The notes under the pieces were generated by a model. The model searched no databases and had not been told where the DNA came from. It was given only the letters and a program-made list of their open reading frames with translations. 64,000 bases of DNA from Candidatus Gottesmanbacteria bacterium (lineage in GTDB: Bacteria; Patescibacteriota; Microgenomatia; 2-02-FULL-39-11). Location of the stretch: assembly GCA_016195685.1 (NCBI GenBank), contig JACPZE010000020.1, forward strand, positions 21,725 to 85,724, in the 5' to 3' direction. The translations under genes were made by a program, and so were the position numbers. Each line of letters begins with the position of its first letter. Position 1 is the first letter of the stretch. Positions 9,042-17,563 of this stretch are shown here, piece after piece.

Positions 9042-9677
9042 ATGACCTTAATTTCTTATTTTAGACAGATTGAAATGGTAAACTTTATTTCTCCTTTAAA
9101 TGGCGAAATTAAAGTTGTTGAATTTTTTGGGAAACTCATTTTATATGTAAACGATGCCGAGCAAAGCGGAGGAACAATTGCGGGAATGTGGCAGAAGGCA
9201 GTTAAAAAAGTTCAAAGTTCAAAGTTCAAAGTTCAAAGTTGCTTGATATTGGGTTTGGGAGGAGGAACAGTAATTAAGATACTTCAGAAATATTATCCAG
9301 AAGTTTATATGGATGTTATTGAATTTGATCTTGCAATTATTGATATCGCCAAAAAATATTTTGATATAGGTAAAATTGATAATTTGAATATTATAAATGC
9401 CGATGCTTTTAAGTGGATTAAACAAGTCAGGAACAATTATGACTTGATAATTTTTGATCTTTACGTAGGAAAGACTAATCCCAGAAAATCCAGAACGATA
9501 GATTTTTTAAAGGATCTGAAGAAAATATTAAAAAAGGCAGGAATTATTCTATTTAATGCCCATTACCAAAATGATGAAGGAGAGTATGATAAATTATTAA
9601 AAGATTGTCGCCAAGTATTTACGATTGTTGATTTGATACTTATATATCCATATAGCCGTATCCTGCGATTAAGGTAA
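9042..9677 (+). CDS. SAM-dependent methyltransferase, spermidine synthase-like
   Basis: LILGLGGG, DVIEFD, ADAF, YDLIIFDLY. Confidence 0.75.
   Translation: MTLISYFRQIEMVNFISPLNGEIKVVEFFGKLILYVNDAEQSGGTIAGMWQKAVKKVQSSKFKVQSCLILGLGGGTVIKILQKYYPEVYMDVIEFDLAIIDIAKKYFDIGKIDNLNIINADAFKWIKQVRNNYDLIIFDLYVGKTNPRKSRTIDFLKDLKKILKKAGIILFNAHYQNDEGEYDKLLKDCRQVFTIVDLILIYPYSRILRLR
9207..9240. repeat. Heptamer tandem repeat (AAAGTTC)x4 + AAAGTT inside CDS
   Basis: Directly visible; encodes KVQSSKFKVQS. Confidence 0.9.
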
Positions 9678-9731
9678 AATCCTCTTAAAAATGGTACAAT
9701 TAAGCATAAAACTTTCAGTCATTTGAATTAT

Positions 9732-12404
9732 ATGTTTAAGTTTCTTTCCAAATTTTTGGATTCCAACGAAAAAGAATTGAATCGGATGAGGCCGATTATC
9801 GAGCAGATAAACGGGCAGGAACAAGAGATGGCTAAACTCAAAAATGAAGAGTTTGCCGAAAAAACAGCCCAGTTTAAAGAGAAGTTGACAAACGGTGAAT
9901 TGCTGGATGATTTAATCGTTCCTGCTTTTGCCATGGTTAGGGAGGCAGCGAAACGTATCATTGGCGAGCGTCATTTTGATGTCCAACTTATGGCGGCCCT
10001 TACTCTTCATCGTGGAGCAGTTGCTGAGCAAAAAACAGGTGAAGGGAAAACCTTATCAGCCATACCCGCTTTATATTTAAACGCTCTTACTTCCCGAGGG
10101 GTACATCTAGTAACAGTGAATGATTACTTGGCTCGTCGTGATGCAGGCTGGATGGGACCTATTTTTCATCTTTTGGGTCTTACTACTTCTGCCATGATAC
10201 ATGATCAGTCTTTTCTTTTTGACCCAAAATTTACAGATGAGTCAGTCACAGATTGGAGATTAGAGCATCTGAAGCCAATTTCCCGCAGAGAAGCTTATGC
10301 GGCAGATATCACATATGGCATAAATAGCGAATACGGCTTTGATTATCTGCGCGATAATATGGTGTCGGAAGCTTCTCAAATGACACAGCGGGGTTTTCAT
10401 TATGCTATTGTCGATGAGGTTGATTCCGTGCTTATAGATGAGGCCCGTACACCCCATATCATTTCTGCTCCGGACAGCGAACCTACCAAAAAATATTATG
10501 ATTATGCCAAGTTGGTAGAAAGGTTGGAAAGTGAAAAAGATTATGCCATAGATGAAAAGCTTCACACAGCGCATCTGACTGACGCTGGCATTTTGAGCGT
10601 AGAAAAAATGTTGGGTGTAGAAAATCTTTATGAAAAAGATTTTGGAACAGTTCATCATATAGAGGCAGCTTTGAAAGCAAATACACTTTTTAAAAAAGAC
10701 AAGGAATATGTAGTAAAAGATGGACAGGTTATCATAGTAGATGAATTCACGGGAAGATTACTAGCGGGTAGGCGCTTTTCCGAAGGACTCCATCAGGCAA
10801 TTGAGGCAAAAGAAGGTGTAGCCATCCAGCAAGAGTCTCGTACTTTAGCTACAGTATCATTGCAAAACTACTTCAGGATGTATCAAAAACTGGCTGGAAT
10901 GACCGGTACCGCAGCTACAGAAGCAGAAGAATTCCACAAAATTTACAATCTGGATGTGGTGATGATACCCACCAATAAATCTTTGGTCAGAGCAGATTTA
11001 CCTGATCTGGTTTATAAAACCGCCAAAGCCAAATTTAATGCAATAGCAGATGAAATAGCAAAAATAAGTAAAACTGGTCAACCCATCCTGGTAGGCACTA
11101 CTTCTATTGAAAAAAATGAGATGTTATCTGCGATTCTTTATAAAAAAGGGGTGCCACATCAGATGTTAAATGCGAAAAATCACGAGAGAGAAGCAAATAC
11201 CATAGCCGAAGCGGGTAATAAGGGTGCTGTGACAGTAGCAACCAATATGGCAGGTAGAGGAGTAGATATCATACTTGGAGGATCTACCCCAAACAGAAGT
11301 CAGTTAGATAAAAAAGAGTATGAAAAATCTATGAAAGACTGGCAGAAAAATCACGACGAAGTTATTTCATTGGGAGGACTTTTTGTGATGGGTACAGAGC
11401 GGCATGAATCTAGAAGGATAGATAATCAGCTTAGGGGACGAAGCGGAAGGCAGGGGGATCCGGGAGCAACAAGATTTTTTGTAGGATTGGATGATGATAT
11501 CATGCGTCTTTTTGGCGGTGATCAGGTGGCTAAGCTGATGACTATATTTAAACTTCCGGAAGATGTGCCTCTGGAACATGGTATGGTATCCCGAGCTATT
11601 CAGCAAGCTCAGGTGAAAGTGGAAGGATTTCATTTTGACACCAGAAAACATCTAGTGGAATATGATGATGTTTTGAATAAACAGAGGGAAATTATCTACG
11701 GTTTGCGTCGGCAAATTGTGGCAGGGGAAAATCTCAAAGATTTGATATTGGATAAACTTTCCAGCCAAATTACGACTTTGGTTAATATGTATGGGGCAAA
11801 TGGGATAACCACTACCGAAAAAGAGAAAATCATGCAGGAATTTGCTTCCATCATTCCTTTTGACCCGAATTCGCAAAAACATATATTAGGGCAATTGGAA
11901 CAGTTCAGAAATGTAAGCGATGTTACCGATTTTCTTCTGAAAGTTGTCCGAGATATTTACGATCAAAGAGAAAAGGGCTTAGGTCTGGAAGTGATGCGGC
12001 AGATAGAGAAATGGGTAGGATTGTCCGTCGTGGATAATCTTTGGATGGACCACCTGGATGCGATAGATGATCTTCGGGAAGGGATTGGACTTCGCGGTTA
12101 CGGACAGCTAGATCCATTGGTGGAATACAAAAATGAAGCATTTTCCATGTTTGAAAGATTGGTAGCTGGCATAGATTATGAAATTGCTCACCGTATATTT
12201 AAAGTCCAAATACAACTATCGCCGGACCAATTGGTAGCTTTACAAAAGCAGCAACAAACTATTATTTCAAAAGAAGCTGTAAAAGAGAGGACAAAGCCAG
12301 CTGTGCAGCCTTCTGTTGACAAAGAAAAACTCGGCCGCAACGATCCATGCTGGTGCGGAAGTGGAAAAAAGTGGAAACGTTGTCATTATCCGAGCTTATC
12401 CTAG
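9732..12404 (+). CDS. secA: Preprotein translocase ATPase SecA
   Basis: KTGEGKT, DEVDSVLIDEAR, GRRFSEGLHQAIEAKE, ATNMAGRG, RIDNQLRGRSGRQGDPG, SEC-C motif GRNDPCWCGSGKKWKRCH. Confidence 0.98.
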   Translation: MFKFLSKFLDSNEKELNRMRPIIEQINGQEQEMAKLKNEEFAEKTAQFKEKLTNGELLDDLIVPAFAMVREAAKRIIGERHFDVQLMAALTLHRGAVAEQKTGEGKTLSAIPALYLNALTSRGVHLVTVNDYLARRDAGWMGPIFHLLGLTTSAMIHDQSFLFDPKFTDESVTDWRLEHLKPISRREAYAADITYGINSEYGFDYLRDNMVSEASQMTQRGFHYAIVDEVDSVLIDEARTPHIISAPDSEPTKKYYDYAKLVERLESEKDYAIDEKLHTAHLTDAGILSVEKMLGVENLYEKDFGTVHHIEAALKANTLFKKDKEYVVKDGQVIIVDEFTGRLLAGRRFSEGLHQAIEAKEGVAIQQESRTLATVSLQNYFRMYQKLAGMTGTAATEAEEFHKIYNLDVVMIPTNKSLVRADLPDLVYKTAKAKFNAIADEIAKISKTGQPILVGTTSIEKNEMLSAILYKKGVPHQMLNAKNHEREANTIAEAGNKGAVTVATNMAGRGVDIILGGSTPNRSQLDKKEYEKSMKDWQKNHDEVISLGGLFVMGTERHESRRIDNQLRGRSGRQGDPGATRFFVGLDDDIMRLFGGDQVAKLMTIFKLPEDVPLEHGMVSRAIQQAQVKVEGFHFDTRKHLVEYDDVLNKQREIIYGLRRQIVAGENLKDLILDKLSSQITTLVNMYGANGITTTEKEKIMQEFASIIPFDPNSQKHILGQLEQFRNVSDVTDFLLKVVRDIYDQREKGLGLEVMRQIEKWVGLSVVDNLWMDHLDAIDDLREGIGLRGYGQLDPLVEYKNEAFSMFERLVAGIDYEIAHRIFKVQIQLSPDQLVALQKQQQTIISKEAVKERTKPAVQPSVDKEKLGRNDPCWCGSGKKWKRCHYPSLS

Positions 12405-12415
12405 CCTGAGTAAAT

Positions 12416-13651
12416 TTACACAACTACTTCATTCCCCTGATATTTTCGAAGTCTTGGTACTATTATTGCTATAAGTCCAGCAGATATTATTGCCCCGATT
12501 CCACCTATCACTACAGAAATAGGTGTCCCTACGGCTGCAGCCAATATTCCAGCCTCAGCTTCGCCCAATTGGGGTCCTCCCATGAAAAAGATCATATTGA
12601 TAGAAACCATCCTCCCTCGTATGTAGTCGGGAGTATTTAGTTGCCGCAAAGTATTTCTGATGATTGTACTGACTACATCACTTGCGCCTGCGGCGAATAA
12701 GAAAAATAACGACAGATAGAAAAATTTGGATAACCCAAAAAAGGAAGTAGCTAATCCATAAACCATTACTGTAGATATGAGAATCTTTCCTTGATTTTTG
12801 AAGTGTCCCCAACTAGAAATGATCAATCCAGCAAGGACTCCTCCTACGGATGGTGCAGCGTATAGTAAACCCAATCCCTGTGGACCCACATTGAGTATAT
12901 CTTTGGCAAAGATAGGGAGAAGTGTGGTTGCTGATGAAAAAAATGTGGCAAAGAAATCCAAAAGCATGGTGGAGTAGATAATAGGGGTTCTGATGACAAA
13001 TAATAGTCCTTCTTTTACTTCTGACAGGTCAAAAAGATGAGTTTTTACCATCTTTTGTTGTGTCGAATTCATGGCAAAAAGAGCAAGTATAACGAAGAAA
13101 AAAGCAATGATGTTTATGATATACACGCTTCCTACGCCCAGGAAAGCTATGATAAATCCCGACAAACTGGGTCCGACTACTATAGCTGTTTGCCACATGA
13201 TGGTATTTAGGCTAACTGCGTTCATGAAGTATTTCTGTGGTACCAATGAAGGAAGGATAGCTTGTCTTGACGGTGTATCAAAAGTTGTAGCAAAAGAATT
13301 CAAGGCCAATAGTAAATAAATGATAAGAGGACTGATCATTCCCCCAAATGTACTTATAGCAAGAGTTATAGATACAGCGGTCATGATAAATTGAGCCGCA
13401 ATCATGATCTTTCTTCTGTTATATAGATCTGCAGCCATTCCGCCAAAAAGGGAGAAAAACAATACCGGCAAAAATCTGGCCAGACCTATCAGTCCCAGAG
13501 ACAAAGCAGACTTTGTGAGTAGATACATTTGCCAGGTGACCGCCACCACCTGCATTTCTGAACCGATCCTAGAGACGAGTAGTCCTAGCCACAAAAGACG
13601 ATAATCTCGAAATTTTAGAGCAGAAAAAGGAGACAATTCAGGTTTGATCAT
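12416..13651 (-). CDS. MFS transporter (MFS_3/EntS-like)
   Basis: 12 TM pattern, ADLYNRRK motif A, TPDYIRGR. Confidence 0.85.
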   Translation of the reverse strand: MIKPELSPFSALKFRDYRLLWLGLLVSRIGSEMQVVAVTWQMYLLTKSALSLGLIGLARFLPVLFFSLFGGMAADLYNRRKIMIAAQFIMTAVSITLAISTFGGMISPLIIYLLLALNSFATTFDTPSRQAILPSLVPQKYFMNAVSLNTIMWQTAIVVGPSLSGFIIAFLGVGSVYIINIIAFFFVILALFAMNSTQQKMVKTHLFDLSEVKEGLLFVIRTPIIYSTMLLDFFATFFSSATTLLPIFAKDILNVGPQGLGLLYAAPSVGGVLAGLIISSWGHFKNQGKILISTVMVYGLATSFFGLSKFFYLSLFFLFAAGASDVVSTIIRNTLRQLNTPDYIRGRMVSINMIFFMGGPQLGEAEAGILAAAVGTPISVVIGGIGAIISAGLIAIIVPRLRKYQGNEVVV

Positions 13652-13722
13652 AAACGGGGATTAGTTATCAATATAACAAAATTACTCAAGGAGTACAAGA
13701 TTAAGATGATAACCTATAATAC

Positions 13723-13751
13723 TTGACACCATATTTTTGTAGTGGTATAAT
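13723..13751 (+). promoter_or_regulatory. Consensus sigma70 promoter
   Basis: TTGACA-17 bp-TATAAT with extended TG. Confidence 0.8.
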
Positions 13752-13786
13752 CCACAATTAATTAATCTGCCCAAGATTAAATTATT

Positions 13787-14458
13787 ATGAAGCATATTTT
13801 AAGGGCAGTCTTTTTTTTGACTGCGTTGTTCGTAATTTACATCACAAACGTTGTGAAGGTATCTGCAGATGGAATAGACCAAACCAATTGTGTTCCTGTT
13901 TATGGAGGTGGAGTTTCTTGCCCACGTATTGGACAAGTACTCATAAATAAAACAGTCAGAAATCCCTCAACCGGAGTTTTCGTAGACAACCTTGGTCCTT
14001 CTGATCCCAGGTATCATCCCGGAAATCTGGTAACTTTTCATCTAAAAGTCAGTAACAATGGCGACCAAATGCTGGATAAAGTTACAGTAACAGATAAATT
14101 ACCCGATTTCGTAGACTTTACTTCCGGTCCGGGCAATTATGACAATCATTCCAAGACTCTTACATTTGATGTATTGAACCTAGCCGGAGGCACATCTCAG
14201 ACTTTTGAGATAGTAGCCAGAGTAGTCCATGTGGCGGTCCTACCGGCGGATAAATCTATAGTTTGTGAAGTAAATACGGTAGATGCCGTATCGTCTTCTC
14301 AAACTGACCATGACGAAAGCCAATTTTGTATAGAAAAACAGATGGTAGTACCTTCTGCTCCTAGTGCCGGACCGAAAGAATGGATGCTGACTTTCGCTGG
14401 TTTAGGTACAGCTTTGACGATAGGCTTATATTTCAGGAAAAAATCTCATTTGGTATGA
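13787..14458 (+). CDS. Secreted DUF11-like protein with C-terminal sorting-signal-like tail
   Basis: Signal peptide; VTFHLKVSNNG...VTVTDKLP; ends PSAG + TM + RKK. Confidence 0.65.
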   Translation: MKHILRAVFFLTALFVIYITNVVKVSADGIDQTNCVPVYGGGVSCPRIGQVLINKTVRNPSTGVFVDNLGPSDPRYHPGNLVTFHLKVSNNGDQMLDKVTVTDKLPDFVDFTSGPGNYDNHSKTLTFDVLNLAGGTSQTFEIVARVVHVAVLPADKSIVCEVNTVDAVSSSQTDHDESQFCIEKQMVVPSAPSAGPKEWMLTFAGLGTALTIGLYFRKKSHLV

Positions 14459-14493
14459 ATCAGTTTTCTGGCAAAATGAGCCAGAGTATACAT

Positions 14494-14539
14494 ATATCCT
14501 CTTGACTCTTTTGCCCAAAGATAAAAGGGGATATTTTTT
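14494..14539 (+). terminator. Intrinsic terminator
   Basis: ATATCCTCTT...AAGGGGATAT stem followed by T-run. Confidence 0.6.
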
Positions 14540-15055
14540 GCACTTTAACAAACGAGAATTTAATTTTGAGGTTCGAGGATCGTTTCCAGTTTTTCGAGTC
14601 GATCGTTGATTTGACGATGTGATTCTGAGTGTATTTCTTGCGTTTCCCGCATAGATTTCACTTCACCCATAAGTTCATCCATTTTGGAATAAAATTCATC
14701 TTTTGTGGGTAAGTATTTTATATAGTTTGGGATTTTCTTATCGAGTTCATCATCGACTACTTGTTTGATAAGTTCTTCGAATTTATCGAAATCTTTTTTG
14801 GAAAGCATAAGTTTAATAATATTATCTCGTGAAATTTTAACTGTCAACAATTATTTTGAATCCAGAGTAAAGATTTTCAATTATCAATTGATAATTTTTA
14901 TCCTGAGTTTAAACACTTAGGTATATTTCTGACCTTCCAAACAAATGCGTTTGAGAAAGTTCTGAAAATATAATTCTATCTTCGCGAGTTTAGAAAACTT
15001 CTAATTTAGCAGAGGTTTCTTTGAGCTTGCCGAAGAGCACTTTAACAAACGAGAA
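14540..15055. repeat. 19-bp direct repeat pair GCACTTTAACAAACGAGAA
   Basis: Identical copies at 14540-14558 and 15037-15055. Confidence 0.85.
14560..14808 (-). CDS. Small helical/coiled-coil hypothetical protein
   Basis: MLSKKDFDK...LPTKDEFYSKMDELMGEVK; probable start ATG at 14808. Confidence 0.65.
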   Translation of the reverse strand: MLSKKDFDKFEELIKQVVDDELDKKIPNYIKYLPTKDEFYSKMDELMGEVKSMRETQEIHSESHRQINDRLEKLETILEPQN

Positions 15056-15254
15056 AACAAATAAGTTTCGCAATTTATTTTTTAAATTTTATTCTCAAAC
15101 CTCCCTCTGACAAGGGCTACATTGGGTATTACTTTTGGTTGTATCCAGCGTAGCCCTTGTTCAACAGAGTTCGAAGAAAGAAAAAACCAACTCATAAACA
15201 TGTGGTGCTTCTATAGCATCGCATGTTTTTTCTCACCGTAGGAGGTATGAGAAA

Positions 15255-16400
15255 ATGAAAAAGTACTTTCTGTTAGTGACGTTGATTGCGCTCGCGTTGA
15301 TGGCGATGGGTTGCTCTCCCCAGGTTTCGGGTTTGCCGGCGCCGGTTCAAACCAGCGTCGCGCAACAACTTGCTGCGACTGCGCAAGCGCCGCAAGGCGG
15401 ACAGCAAACCGCCCCAACTACGGCGGTAGGACCTTCAGGCGCGGCAACGATCACGCCATTCGCCGTCGTGCGCTATCAGACGCCAATCCAGGGTCAAGGT
15501 GATGTTCCGGCGGGAAAAGTATTCTTCGCCATCAAAACCAAAGACCTCGGCAATGGGTTTCAATCCCTGGTTTACGCGACCAATGGCGATGGGTGTGATC
15601 CCAGCCCCTACCAATTCAAACTGGATCAGGAGCCGGGAGCAGACTTGAACGTTCAGTACAGCGATTGTGAACGCGGCGGCGTGACGGGTAAGGGGCGCTT
15701 TGTTCTGACAATCAAAAACAACCCCCCGGGCAATCCGAAAAACGTTCAATTGAACTTTCGCGTTGGCGGCGCCAATGGTGAAATCTCCGTGGACGGCGCC
15801 CCCATGACAGCGTTCACCAAGGATGTTCCGGTCACGCTTGATCCTAGCGCAGAACGCAAGTTCACCGTCAGTATCAACACTGGTGGAAACTTTTTCATCC
15901 AGCGGACGCCAGAACAATTGACGGCGGGCGGCAACTACGAAATGCGCGATGTGGGCGGAAACGGCAAGGTTCTCGTACGGAGTTCGCTCGGCGGACCAAA
16001 CTGCGCATGGAGTGCGGAGTGGAATGTCGAAGCGGATTCTGGAGTACAAGTGGATTGGCCCGTGTGCGTCCAACTGAATTTGACTGGCAAAGGCAACGTC
16101 AAAATCAAAGTCTGGCCGCGTGACAACGAAGGTGGATATAAAGTCGCGAACATTGCGGGGAACGGACTCGCCTTCTGGCCCATGGGGTCGGGAGCAACGA
16201 TGGATGTTCGTCTCAAAAGCGGCACTTTGCAAAGTGGAATTCCGTTGAAGACGGCAGCCGATGGAATTGATTTCCCACTGGCAGGCGGTCCACGCGAATT
16301 CGTCATCCACCTCAACGGCGGCAAAGCAGAAATTCCGCTCGGCATGATCACCCGCGATCTCTCTACACCGGGTAATCCGCTCGTTCTACCGTTGTACTAA
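15255..16400 (+). CDS. GC-rich putative lipoprotein with two tandem homologous beta domains
   Basis: RBS AGGAGG; lipobox-like LMAMGC; Q/T/A-rich linker; repeated D(L/V)G..G...C...C...TGKG pattern; visibly higher GC than flanks. Confidence 0.75.
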   Translation: MKKYFLLVTLIALALMAMGCSPQVSGLPAPVQTSVAQQLAATAQAPQGGQQTAPTTAVGPSGAATITPFAVVRYQTPIQGQGDVPAGKVFFAIKTKDLGNGFQSLVYATNGDGCDPSPYQFKLDQEPGADLNVQYSDCERGGVTGKGRFVLTIKNNPPGNPKNVQLNFRVGGANGEISVDGAPMTAFTKDVPVTLDPSAERKFTVSINTGGNFFIQRTPEQLTAGGNYEMRDVGGNGKVLVRSSLGGPNCAWSAEWNVEADSGVQVDWPVCVQLNLTGKGNVKIKVWPRDNEGGYKVANIAGNGLAFWPMGSGATMDVRLKSGTLQSGIPLKTAADGIDFPLAGGPREFVIHLNGGKAEIPLGMITRDLSTPGNPLVLPLY

Positions 16401-16408
16401 CACTATGG

Positions 16409-16642
16409 CCACTCTGGTCACCGGAAGAAGGTGATATTTATGAGTGGAATCACTCCCGGACGGGGTCCCCCGAAGTTTAAGCTTTTGACATCGATGCGAA
16501 AGCATCGATAATCCAAGGGCTGTCAAAAGCTGAAGTAGGAGGGATCTCGCCCGATGGAGGGTGAAATTGCGAAACGACGAAACAGTTAGAAGGTTCAAAG
16601 GGTGCTACCTTTGATTTGTGGATTTTTACCACATCCTTTTTT
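16409..16642 (+). ncRNA. Candidate structured non-coding RNA (unassigned)
   Basis: Four successive stem-loops incl. AGCTTTTGACA/TGTCAAAAGCT enclosing TCGATGC-GAAA-GCATCGA; ends with hairpin plus T-run. Confidence 0.5.
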
Positions 16643-16756
16643 CTGTTGTTTTCTCGTTGTTTCTTTGATCTTACAATGTGGGATTCTGTATAAGCCGAAT
16701 GACAATAATAGTTTGAGATCAGAGAAATAGATAATTAAGGTGAAAAATGCAAAATA

Positions 16757-17563
16757 ATGAAAAAAATTATATACAGCGTATTTTTTCTCTCAGTATTTAT
16801 CATTTTGTGTTTTATATCTCTTTACGGAGTAATAGTTTCTCCTCTTGAATTATCCTATTCCGTGGGAGGTTATCAGATAGCGGCATTTGAAAGGGGATTA
16901 GCCTTCTATCAGCCAAATACTCGTTATTTCTATACTTTTTCTCCTTTTAATGATTACATAGTTGATGTGGATGGAAAAAGAATGCCATTGTATTCCAAGG
17001 ATGACGTTAAACTTGGAAAATACAAAAGTGACCTAGATAAACCTCAATGGGAAAAGATTGTTTCAGTAATATTGAAGTATTTTAATTTGTCATCTCCCGA
17101 AATAAGTTATCAGGGAGAAAAAAATGTTGATTATATTACTACTGTGGATGGGAATAAAGTAATAGTAGACAGATATATTTGGTGGAAAAATAATAATTCG
17201 ATTGTCAATACGGGTACTACTTTAACTTATTATCCAGGAGATTTTATCTTTGATGCCGGCGGCAATCTTTATACTTATCAATCAGAGAAAGAAATAGAAA
17301 GTTTTAAAAAAATTTACGGAGTAGATCTACGTTATGAAACAACAGATCTTCGTGTCAATGTACCTACTCAGTTTCTATTTATCATTAATCCTCAGTTAAG
17401 CGGTGTTATAAAACTTAGTGTAAATGACGGTCAAATGATATGGATAGACAGAAATTCCCGACTGATTGATATAGAGCAGACGATAAAGGAAGTTGAAAAA
17501 TATAAATCATCTGTTACTTTGGAGATATTTGATACGCCGCAAAAGGCGCTTAAATCCATATGA
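16757..17563 (+). CDS. Hypothetical membrane-anchored protein
   Basis: N-terminal TM, beta-rich soluble region; overlaps next gene. Confidence 0.65.
   Translation: MKKIIYSVFFLSVFIILCFISLYGVIVSPLELSYSVGGYQIAAFERGLAFYQPNTRYFYTFSPFNDYIVDVDGKRMPLYSKDDVKLGKYKSDLDKPQWEKIVSVILKYFNLSSPEISYQGEKNVDYITTVDGNKVIVDRYIWWKNNNSIVNTGTTLTYYPGDFIFDAGGNLYTYQSEKEIESFKKIYGVDLRYETTDLRVNVPTQFLFIINPQLSGVIKLSVNDGQMIWIDRNSRLIDIEQTIKEVEKYKSSVTLEIFDTPQKALKSI

Noticed and set aside
15435-16351. Long minus-strand ORFs over the lipoprotein gene
   Set aside because: Expected shadow ORFs in GC-rich sequence; the plus-strand ORF has the RBS and signal peptide
16409-16642. Assignment as tRNA, SRP, 6S, RNase P or retron msr-msd
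   Set aside because: No diagnostic motifs recognised and no reverse transcriptase nearby; left unassigned
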